Assembly (NCBI GenBank): GCA_030390025.1 | Contig: JASTWF010000324.1 | Coordinates: 310,001-374,000, forward strand | Length of the DNA stretch: 64,000 nucleotides | Direction: 5' to 3' | From: Squalus acanthias | Taxonomy: Eukaryota | Shown: positions 1 through 11,335 of the stretch, piece by piece | Layout of the letters: each line of letters starts with the position of its first letter | Position numbering within the stretch: the first letter of the stretch is position 1 | Notes under the pieces: generated by a model | Seen by the model: only the letters and a program-made list of their open reading frames with translations | Databases searched by the model: none | Told to the model about the DNA's origin: nothing | Made by a program: the position numbers and the translations under genes

Positions 1-3000
1 AGAATCAGAGACTGAGAGAGAATCAGAGAGACTGAGAGAGAATCAGAGAGACTGAGAGAGAATCAGAGAGACTGAGAGAGAATCAGAGAGACTGAGAGAG
101 AATCAGAGACTGAGAGAGAATCAGAGAGACTGAGAGAGAATCAGAGACTGAGGGAGAATCAGATACTGAGAGAGAATCAGAGACTGAGAGAGAATCAGAG
201 AGACTGAGAGAGAATCAGAGACTGAGAGAGAATCAGAGACTGAGAGAGAATCAGAGAGACTGGGAGAGAATCAGAGAGACTGAGAGAGAATCAGAGAGAC
301 TGAGAGAGAATCAGAGAGACTGAGAGAGAATCAGAGAGACTGAGAGAGAATCAGAGAGACTGAGAGAGAATCAGAGACTGAGAGAGAATCAGAGAGACTG
401 AGAGAGAATCAGAGAATGCGAGAGAATCAGAGAGACTGAGAGAGAATCAGAGACTGAGAGAGAATCAGAGAGACTGAGAGAGAATCAGAGAGACTGAGAG
501 AGAATCAGAGACTGCGAGAGAATCAGAGACTGAGAGAGAATCAGAGACTGAGAGAAAATCAGAGACTGAGAGAGAATCAGAGACTGAGAGAGAATCAGAG
601 ACTGAGAGAGAATCAGAGAGACTGAGAGAGAATCAGAGACTGAGAGAGAATCAGAGACTGAGAGAGAATCAGAGACTGAGAGAGAATCAGAGAGACTGAG
701 AGAGAATCAGAGAGACTGAGAGAGAATCAGAGACTGAGAGAGAATCAGAGACTGAGAGAATCAGAGACTGAGAGAGAATCAGAGAGACTGAGAGAGAATC
801 AGAGAGACTGAGAGAGAATCAGAGAGACTGAGAGAGAATCAGAGAGACTGAGAGAGAATCAGAGACTGAGAGAGAATCAGAGACTGAGAGAGGATCAGAG
901 AGACTGAGAGAGAATCAGAGAGACTGAGAGAGAATCAGAGAGACTGAGAGAGAATCAGAGAGACTGAGAGAGAATCAGAGAGACTGAGAGAGAATCAGAG
1001 AGACTGAGAGAGAATCAGAGAGACTGAGAGAGAATCAGAGAGACTGAGAGAGAATCAGAGACTGAGAGAGAATCAGAGAGACTGAGAGAGAATCAGAGAG
1101 ACTGAGAGAGAATCAGAGAGACAGAGAGAGAATCAGAGACTGAGAGAGAATCAGAGACTGAGAGAGAATCAGAGACTGAGAGAGAATCACAGACTGAGAG
1201 AGAATCAGAGAGACTGAGAGAGAATCAGAGAGACTGAGAGAGAATCAGAGAGACTGAGAGAGAATCAGAGACTGAGAGAGAATCAGAGACTGAGAGAGAA
1301 TCAGAGACTGAGAGAGAATCAGAGAGACTGAGAGAGAATCAGAGAGACTGAGAGAGAATCAGAGACTGAGAGAGAATCAGAGAGACTGAGAGAGAATCAG
1401 AGAGACTAAGAGAGAATCAGAGAGACTGAGAGAGAATCAGAGAGACTGAGAGAGAATCAGAGAGACTGAGAGAGAATCAGAGAGACTGAGAGAGAATCAG
1501 AGAGACTCAGAGAGAATCAGAGACTGAGAGAGAATCAGAGAGACTGAGAGAGAATCAGAGAGACTGAGAGAGAATCAGAGACTGAGAGAGAATCAAATAG
1601 AGACTGAGAGAGAATCAGAGAGACAGAGAGAATCAGAGACTGAGAGAGAATCAGAGAGACTGAGAGAGAATCAGAGAGACTGAGAGAGAATCAGAGAGAC
1701 TGAGATAGAATCAGAGAGACTGAGAGAGAATCAGAGAGACTGAGAGAGAATCAGAGAGACTGAGAGAGAATCAGAGACTGAGAGAGAATCAGAGAGACTG
1801 AGAGAGAATCAGAGAGACTGAGAGAGAATCAGAGACTGAGAGAGAATCAGAGAGACTGAGAGAGAATCAGAGACTGAGAGAGAGTCAGAGACTGAGAGAG
1901 AATCAGAGACTGAGAGAGAATCAGAGAGACTGAGAGAGAATCAGAGACTGAGAGAGAATCAGAGAGACTGAGAGAGAATCAGAGACTGAGAGAGAATCAG
2001 AGAGACTGTGAGAGAATCAGAGAGACTGAGAGAGAATCAGAGAGACTGAGAGAGAATCAGAGAGACTGAGAGAGAATCAGAGAGACTGAGAGAGAAACAG
2101 AGACTGAGAGAGAATCAGAGACTGAGAGAGAATCAGAGACTGAGAGAGAATCAGAGAGACTGAGAGAGAATCAGAGAGACTGAGAGAGAATCAGAGAGAC
2201 TGAGAGAGAATCAGAGAGACTGAGAGAGAATCAGAGACTGAGAGAGAATCAGAGAGACTGAGAGAGAATCAGAGAGACTGAGATAGAATCAGAGACTGAG
2301 AGAGAATCAGAGAGACTGAGAGAGAATCAGAGAGACTGAGAGAGAATCAGAGACTGAGAGAGAATCAGAGAGACTGAGAGAGAATCAGAGAGACTGAGAG
2401 AGAATCAGAGAGACTGAGAGAGAATCAGAGAGACTGAGAGAGAATCAGAGAGACTGAGAGAGAATCAGAGACTGGGAGAGAATCAAAGACTGAGAGAGAA
2501 TCAGAGAGACTGAGAGAGAATCAGAGACTGAGAGAGAATCAGAGAGACTGAGAGAGAATCAGAGAGACTGAGAGAGAATCAGAGACTGAGATAGAATCAG
2601 AGACTGAGAGAGAATCAGAGAGACTGAGAGCGAATCAGAGACTGAGAGAGAATCAGAGAGACTGAGAGAGAATCAGAGACTGAGAGAGAATCAGAGAGAC
2701 TGAGAGAGAATCAGAGCGACTGAGAGAGAATCAGAGAGACTGAGAGAGAATCAGAGACTGAGAGAGAATCAGAGAGACTGAGAGAGAATCAGAGAGACTG
2801 AGAGAGAATCAGAGAGACTGAGAGAGAATCAGAGAGACTGAGAGAGAATCAGAGACTGAGAGAGAATCAGAGAGACTGAGAGAGAATCAGAGAGACTAAG
2901 AGAGAATCAGAGAGACTGAGAGAGAATCAGAGAGACTGAGAGAGAATCAGAGAGACTGAGAGAGAATCAGAGAGACTGAGAGAGAATCAGAGACTGAGAG

Positions 3001-6000
3001 AGAATCAGAGAGACTGAGAGAGAATCAGAGAGACTGAGAGAGAATCAGAGACTGAGAGGGAATCAAATAGAGACTGAGAGAGAATCAGAGAGACAGAGAG
3101 AATCAGAGACTGAGAGAGAATCAGAGAGACTGAGAGAGAATCAGAGAGACTGAGAGAGAATCAGAGAGACTGAGATAGAATCAGAGAGACTGAGAGAGAA
3201 TCAGAGAGACTGAGAGAGAATCAGAGAGACTGAGAGAGAATCAGAGACTGAGAGAGAATCAGAGAGACTGAGAGAGAATCAGAGAGACTGAGAGAGAATC
3301 AGAGACTGAGAGAGAATCAGAGAGACTGAGAGAGAATCAGAGACTGAGAGAGAGTCAGAGACTGAGAGAGAATCAGAGACTGAGAGAGAATCAGAGAGAC
3401 TGAGAGAGAATCAGAGACTGAGAGAGAATCAGAGAGACTGAGAGAGAATCAGAGACTGAGAGAGAATCAGAGAGACTGTGAGAGAATCAGAGAGACTGAG
3501 AGAGAATCAGAGAGACTAAGAGAGAATCAGAGAGACTGAGAGAGAATCAGAGAGACTGAGAGAGAAACAGAGACTGAGAGAGAATCAGAGACTGAGAGAG
3601 AATCAGAGAGACTGAGAGAGAATCAGAGACTGAGAGAGAATCAGAGAGACTGAGAGAGAATCAGAGCGACTGAGAGAGAATCAGAGAGACTGAGAGAGAA
3701 TCAGAGACTGAGAGAGAATCAGAGAGACTGAGAGAGAATCAGAGAGACTGAGAGAGAATCAGAGAGACTGAGAGAGAATCAGAGAGACTGAGAGAGAATC
3801 AGAGACTGAGAGAGAATCAGAGAGACTGAGAGAGAATCAGAGAGACTAAGAGAGAATCAGAGAGACTGAGAGAGAATCAGAGAGACTGAGAGAGAATCAG
3901 AGAGACTGAGAGAGAATCAGAGAGACTGAGAGAGAATCAGAGAGACTCTGAGAGAATCAGAGACTGAGAGAGAATCAGAGAGACTGAGAGAGAATCAGAG
4001 AGACTGAGAGAGAATCAGAGACTGAGAGAGAATCAAATAGAGACTGAGAGAGAATCAGAGAGACAGAGAGAATCAGAGACTGAGAGAGAATCAGAGAGAC
4101 TGAGAGAGAATCAGAGAGACTGAGAGAGAATCAGAGAGACTGAGAGAGAATCAGAGAGACTGAGATAGAATCAGAGAGACTGAGAGAGAATCAGAGAGAC
4201 TGAGAGAGAATCAGAGAGACTGAGAGAGAATCAGAGACTGAGAGAGAATCAGAGAGACTGAGAGAGAATCAGAGAGACTGAGAGAGAATCAGAGACTGAG
4301 AGAGAATCAGAGAGACTGAGAGAGAATCAGAGACTGAGAGAGAGTCAGAGACTGAGAGAGAATCAGAGACTGAGAGAGAATCAGAGAGACTGAGAGAGAA
4401 TCAGAGACTGAGAGAGAATCAGAGAGACTGAGAGAGAATCAGAGACTGAGAGAGAATCAGAGAGACTGTGAGAGAATCAGAGAGACTGAGAGAGAATCAG
4501 AGAGACTAAGAGAGAATCAGAGAGACTGAGAGAGAATCAGAGAGACTGAGAGAGAAACAGAGACTGAGAGAGAATCAGAGACTGAGAGAGAATCAGAGAC
4601 TGAGAGAGAATCAGAGACTGAGAGAGAATCTGAGAGACTGAGAGAGAATCAGAGAGACTGAGAGAGAATCAGAGAGACTGAGAGAGAATCAGAGACTGAT
4701 AGAGAATCAGAGACTGAGAGAGAATCAGAGAGACTGAGAGAGAATCAGAGAGACTGAGAGAGAATCAGAGAGACTGAGAGAGAATCAGAGACTGAGAGAG
4801 AATCAGAGAGACTGAGAGAGAATCAGAGAGACTGAGAGAGAATCAGAGAGACTGAGAGAGAATCAGAGACTGAGAGAGAATCAGAGACTGAGAGAGAATC
4901 AGAGACTGAGAGAGAATCAGAGAGACTGAGAGAGAATCAGAGACTGAGAGAGAATCAGAGACTGAGAGAGAATCAGAGAGACTGAGAGAGAATCAGAGAG
5001 ACTGAGAGAGAATCAGAGAGACTGAGAGAGAATCAGAGAGACTGAGAGAGAATCAGAGAGACTGAGAGAGAATCAGAGAGACTGAGAGAGAATCAGAGAG
5101 ACTGAGAGAGAATCAGAGAGACTGAGAGAGAATCAGAGACTGAGAGAGAATCAGAGAGACTGAGAGAGAATCAGAGAGACTGAGAGAGAATCAGAGACTG
5201 AGAGAGAATCAGAGAGACTGAGAGAGAATCAGAGAGACTGAGAGAGAATCAGAGACTGAGAGAGAATCAGAGAGACTGAGAGAGAATCAGAGAGACTGAG
5301 AGAGAATCAGAGAGACTGAGAGAGAATCAGAGAGACTGAGAGAGAATCAGAGACTGGGAGAGAATCAAAGACTGAGAGAGAATCAGAGAGACTGAGAGAG
5401 AATCAGAGACTGAGAGAGAATCAGAGAGACTGAGAGAGAATCAGAGAGACTGAGAGAGAATCAGAGACTGAGAGAGAATCAGAGACTGAGAGAGAATCAG
5501 AGAGACTGAGAGCGAATCAGAGACTGAGAGAGAATCAGAGAGACTGAGAGAGAATCAGAGACTGAGAGAGAATCAGAGAGACTGAGAGAGAATCAGAGCG
5601 ACTGAGAGAGAATCAGAGAGACTGAGAGAGAATCAGAGACTGAGAGAGAATCAGAGAGACTGAGAGAGAATCAGAGAGACTGAGAGAGAATCAGAGAGAC
5701 TGAGAGAGAATCAGAGACTGAGAGAGAATCAGAGAGACTGAGAGAGAATCAGAGAGACTGAGAGAGAATCAGAGAGACTGAGAGAGAATCAGAGAGACTG
5801 AGAGAGAATCAGAGACTGAGAGAGAATCAGAGACTGAGAGAGAATCAGAGAGACTAAGAGAGAATCAGAGAGACTGAGAGAGAATCAGAGAGACTGAGAG
5901 AGAATCAGAGAGACTGAGAGAGAATCACAGACTGAGAGAGAATCAGAGAGACTGAGAGAGAATCAGAGAGACTGAGAGAGAATCAGAGAGACTGAGAGAG

Positions 6001-9000
6001 AATCACAGACTGAGAGAGAATCAGAGACTGAGAGAGAATCAGAGAGACTGAGAGAGAATCAGAGAGACTGAGAGAGAATCAGAGAGACTGAGAGAGAATC
6101 AGAGAGACTGAGAGAGAATCAGAGACTGAGAGAGAATCAGGGAGACTGAGAGAGAATCAGAGAATGAGAGAGAATCAGAGAGACTGAGAGAGAATCAGAG
6201 AATGAGAGAGAATCAGAGAGACTGAGAGAGAATCAGAGACTGAGAGAGAATCAGAGAGACTGAGAGAATCAGAGAGACTGAGAGAGAATCAGAGACTGCG
6301 AGAGAATCAGAGACTGAGAGAGAATCAGAGACTGAGAGAGAATCAGAGAGACTGAGAGAGAATCAGAGAGACTGAGAGAGAATCAGAGAGACTGAGAGAG
6401 AATCAGAGACTGAGAGAGAATCAGAGAGACTGAGAGAGAATCAGAGAGACTGAGAGAGAATCAGAGACTGAGAGAGAATCAGAGAGACTGAGAGAGAATC
6501 AGAGACTGAGAGAGAGTCAGAGACTGAGAGAGAATCAGAGACTGAGAGAGAATCAGAGAGACTGAGAGAGAATCAGAGACTGAGAGAGAATCAGAGAGAC
6601 TGAGAGAGAATCAGAGACTGAGAGAGAATCAGAGAGACTGTGAGAGAATCAGAGAGACTGAGAGAGAATCAGAGAGACTAAGAGAGAATCAGAGAGACTG
6701 AGAGAGAATCAGAGAGACTGAGAGAGAAACAGAGACTGAGAGAGAATCAGAGACTGAGAGAGAATCAGAGACTGAGAGAGAATCAGAGACTGAGAGAGAA
6801 TCTGAGAGACTGAGAGAGAATCAGAGAGACTGAGAGAGAATCAGAGAGACTGAGAGAGAATCAGAGACTGATAGAGAATCAGAGACTGAGAGAGAATCAG
6901 AGAGACTGAGAGAGAATCAGAGAGACTGAGAGAGAATCAGAGAGACTGAGAGAGAATCAGAGACTGAGAGAGAATCAGAGAGACTGAGAGAGAATCAGAG
7001 AGACTGAGAGAGAATCAGAGAGACTGAGAGAGAATCAGAGACTGAGAGAGAATCAGAGACTGAGAGAGAATCAGAGACTGAGAGAGAATCAGAGAGACTG
7101 AGAGAGAATCAGAGACTGAGAGAGAATCAGAGACTGAGAGAGAATCAGAGAGACTGAGAGAGAATCAGAGAGACTGAGAGAGAATCAGAGAGACTGAGAG
7201 AGAATCAGAGAGACTGAGAGAGAATCAGAGAGACTGAGAGAGAATCAGAGAGACTGAGAGAGAATCAGAGAGACTGAGAGAGAATCAGAGAGACTGAGAG
7301 AGAATCAGAGACTGAGAGAGAATCAGAGAGACTGAGAGAGAATCAGAGAGACTGAGAGAGAATCAGAGACTGAGAGAGAATCAGAGAGACTGAGAGAGAA
7401 TCAGAGAGACTGAGAGAGAATCAGAGACTGAGAGAGAATCAGAGAGACTGAGAGAGAATCAGAGAGACTGAGAGAGAATCAGAGAGACTGAGAGAGAATC
7501 AGAGAGACTGAGAGAGAATCAGAGACTGGGAGAGAATCAAAGACTGAGAGAGAATCAGAGAGACTGAGAGAGAATCAGAGACTGAGAGAGAATCAGAGAG
7601 ACTGAGAGAGAATCAGAGAGACTGAGAGAGAATCAGAGACTGAGAGAGAATCAGAGACTGAGAGAGAATCAGAGAGACTGAGAGCGAATCAGAGACTGAG
7701 AGAGAATCAGAGAGACTGAGAGAGAATCAGAGACTGAGAGAGAATCAGAGAGACTGAGAGAGAATCAGAGCGACTGAGAGAGAATCAGAGAGACTGAGAG
7801 AGAATCAGAGACTGAGAGAGAATCAGAGAGACTGAGAGAGAATCAGAGAGACTGAGAGAGAATCAGAGAGACTGAGAGAGAATCAGAGACTGAGAGAGAA
7901 TCAGAGAGACTGAGAGAGAATCAGAGAGACTGAGAGAGAATCAGAGAGACTGAGAGAGAATCAGAGAGACTGAGAGAGAATCAGAGACTGAGAGAGAATC
8001 AGAGACTGAGAGAGAATCAGAGAGACTAAGAGAGAATCAGAGAGACTGAGAGAGAATCAGAGAGACTGAGAGAGAATCAGAGAGACTGAGAGAGAATCAC
8101 AGACTGAGAGAGAATCAGAGAGACTGAGAGAGAATCAGAGAGACTGAGAGAGAATCAGAGAGACTGAGAGAGAATCACAGACTGAGAGAGAATCAGAGAC
8201 TGAGAGAGAATCAGAGAGACTGAGAGAGAATCAGAGAGACTGAGAGAGAATCAGAGAGACTGAGAGAGAATCAGAGAGACTGAGAGAGAATCAGAGACTG
8301 AGAGAGAATCAGGGAGACTGAGAGAGAATCAGAGAATGAGAGAGAATCAGAGAGACTGAGAGAGAATCAGAGAATGAGAGAGAATCAGAGAGACTGAGAG
8401 AGAATCAGAGACTGAGAGAGAATCAGAGAGACTGAGAGAATCAGAGAGACTGAGAGAGAATCAGAGACTGCGAGAGAATCAGAGACTGAGAGAGAATCAG
8501 AGACTGAGAGAGAATCAGAGAGACTGAGAGAGAATCAGAGAGACTGAGAGAGAATCAGAGAGACTGAGAGAGAATCAGAGACTGAGAGAGAATCAGGGAG
8601 ACTGAGAGAGAATCAGAGAGACTGAGAGAGAATCAGTGAGACTGAGAGAGAATCAGAGACTGAGAGAGAATCAGAGAGACTGAGAGAGAATCAGAGACTG
8701 AGAGAGAATCAGAGAGACTGAGAGAGAATCAGAGAGACTGAGAGAGAATCAGAGAGACTGAGAGAGAATCAGAGACTGAGAGAGAATCAGAGAGACTGAG
8801 AGAGAATCAGAGAGACTGAGAGAGAATCAGAGAGACTGAGAGAGAATCAGAGACTGAGAGAGAATCAGAGAGACTGAGAGAGAATCAGAGACTGAGAGAG
8901 AATCAGAGAGACTGAGAGAGAATCAGAGAGACTGAGAGAGAATCAGAGACTGAGAGAGAATCAGAGACTGAGAGAGAATCAGAGACTGAGAGAGAATCAG

Positions 9001-9508
9001 AGAGACTGAGAGAGAATCAGAGAGACTGAGAGAGAATCAGAGACTGAGAGAGAATCAGAGACTGAGGGAGAATCAGAGACTGAGAGAGATTCAGAGAGAC
9101 TGAGAGAGAATCAGAGAGACTGAGAGAGAATCAGAGAGACTGAGAGAGAATCAGAGAGACTGAGAGAGAATCAGAGACTGAGAGAGAATCAGAGACTGAG
9201 AGAGGATCAGAGAGACTGAGAGAGAATCAGAGAGACTGAGAGAGAATCAGAGAGACTGAGAGAGAATCAGAGAGACTGAGAGAGAATCAGAGAGACTGAG
9301 AGAGAATCAGAGACTGAGAGAGAATCAGAGAGACTGAGAGAGAATCAGAGAGACAGAGAGAGAATCAGCGACTGAGAGAGAATCAGAGACTGAGAGAGAA
9401 TCAGAGAGACTGAGAGAGAATCAGAGAGACTGAGAGAGAATCAGAGACTGAGAGAGAATCAGAGAGACTGAGAGAGAATCAGAGAGACTGAGAGAGAATC
9501 AGAGAGAC
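1..9508. repeat. GA-rich satellite, 18/20-bp unit ACTGAGAGAGAATCAGAG(AG), block 1
   Basis: Uninterrupted tandem array of mixed 18- and 20-bp units with sparse point variants; runs off the left edge of the window. Confidence 0.99.
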
Positions 9509-9757
9509 TGTAAGGGATTCTGACCCTGCGTGTCTCGCAGCCTGTGAGATTCACGCGGCTCTGTGCAGCCTGTGTGTCAGTGAAGGTTTAGGCCTTGTTG
9601 CCTGTTCTGGTCTCCAGCCAGTCTGGGAGCACTAGACACACCTGTGAGTGGTTCGAATCACTCGCCCTTACGGTTCTAGACACTGGACTTAGATGCGAGA
9701 GCAGTAATGGAGATGAAACTCAGGTAGACTCGGTTGAATGGTACGAAATGGAAAATC

Positions 9758-9763
9758 TTTATT
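9758..9763 (-). promoter_or_regulatory. LTR polyadenylation signal AATAAA
   Basis: TTTATT on the plus strand; conserved in the solo LTR (30346-30351). Confidence 0.65.
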
Positions 9764-10310
9764 GCATAATACTTAAGATTACAAAATACATGTCATAAGC
9801 ACAGATTAATGACAGTACAATCTTACACGCAGTTATGTAACTGATTTCAGGGAAACGAGGAACGAACGACACATCATAAATGGGGGCACACATTACAGTT
9901 ATCCTTAAAACTTAAACCCTCCCCTATCAATACCTATTCTAAACTAGACTGGTAGGATCGAGACTCATGCTCACCACTCGTGATAACTCGGAGAATTTTA
10001 AAGTAAGGCACTCGGCTCGTTTCGCTGCAGTTCTTTCTTGTATTTTCGGGCGCGGTCGGGGTTTACTGACCGTGGCGGTACGTGGATTCTTCTCCTCTTC
10101 TTCTCGTCTCGTCTCGTAGTCAACAGAGTCCAGAGAAAAACAGAAGGCTGCTCGTCCAGCAGAGCGATACCCGAGGATCAGAATAGGAGAATAAAAGTTC
10201 AGCAGTCATCAGCGAGATCAATCAGTCAAGAGTCCAGCCTGAGTCAAGAGTCAGCAGAGATATGAGTCGAATCCAGAGAATAAGCCCTTGATGGACATTT
10301 GTTCACTATA

Positions 10311-10316
10311 GTTATA
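10311..10316 (-). promoter_or_regulatory. Putative LTR TATA box
   Basis: Minus strand GCACTATAAC; the equivalent in the solo LTR is GCACTATAAT (~30963-30972) with GGGCGGG upstream, conserved within an otherwise diverged segment. Confidence 0.5.
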
Positions 10317-10885
10317 GTGCTGTGTTCCCTTATCTCCCGCTCAAATCTTAATGTTTGTCCTTTGTGAAATGCTGGTGCACAAAACTCCCAGCATGGGGCG
10401 ATTCTTTCCTTTAATGGGCTTCGGTAGCACCTTAAACTGGCCAAGTAGCCGTTAATGTTTTCCCCATTGTCGAGCCAGCTAGGAGTCTCCCTGACTGGGT
10501 TTGGGGCCTTCTCGAATACTGATATGTGTATTGCTGTGTCTGGATGGGCCTTCGATTGCCCATTACAATGGTCCTTACTTGTGCATGGAAAATGATTCCA
10601 GCACTTATATCTTTGCTATTGTGTCGAATGCAGACAGGTTGCATCCTGTCTTTATCAGTGTTTGCTGCGTATTAACCAATCTGATACTGAAATGTTTATT
10701 CGAACGCCATCTTGTCTGCCCACTGTATTCTGGAAGCTTCTGCCACGATGCTTGGCGGCCATTTTACAGGCTGCTTGTGTCCACTTTGAAAACCTGGCAG
10801 CATTCTGCTGAAATAAAAGCTGTTTGAACGAAACTCTGTGTTTTTCTCCTTATTAATAAAATCGCGATATATTGCGAATTCTACA

Positions 10886-10897
10886 GTCCCTCCTGTT
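10886..10897 (-). promoter_or_regulatory. Polypurine tract (PPT)
   Basis: Minus strand AACAGGAGGGAC immediately precedes the TGTAG start of the LTR. Confidence 0.75.
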
Positions 10898-11335
10898 GAT
10901 GCGAATAACTCCGCTTATCGTATCAAAAATCATAGTGGTGAGCAATATTATCTCGATTTTCCTCCGAATCCAGCAAATTAATCCCATAACTTTAACCTAG
11001 CTAGGGTCTCTGTGTCGTCCTTATTTCCCAAGAAAATTACATTTTATATCACCGTAGGCATTATTTGCCCTTAAACTTACACCACTTGTTTTCCTTCCCG
11101 GCGTAACCAGGCCGATGCCTCTCGTATCACCTGTATATTCATCTTTTATTCAGGGAAAGGAAAAACAAAACCCAAAACCAAACAATCATTTTTAACTGTA
11201 ACACCATCACCAAAATAATCAACACCAACTCTTAAAACATGTCGAGTTCCCAACGTATTTACAATCTCTGAAAATCATGATTGAGTACAAACTTCCGCGG
11301 CGCACGTGGCGAGCGGGAGTGACGCCATTTTCCGA

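Larger units (their letters stand above)
9509..10885 (-). repeat. 3' LTR (1377 bp)
   Basis: Plus strand starts TGTAAGGGATTC at 9509 and ends GAATTCTACA at 10885; both ends match 30104-31559; sharp junction with the satellite; PPT adjacent. Confidence 0.93.

Noticed and set aside
9595..10827. Small ORFs inside the LTR as accessory genes
   Set aside because: Short, often non-ATG starts, and not preserved as ORFs in the solo LTR.
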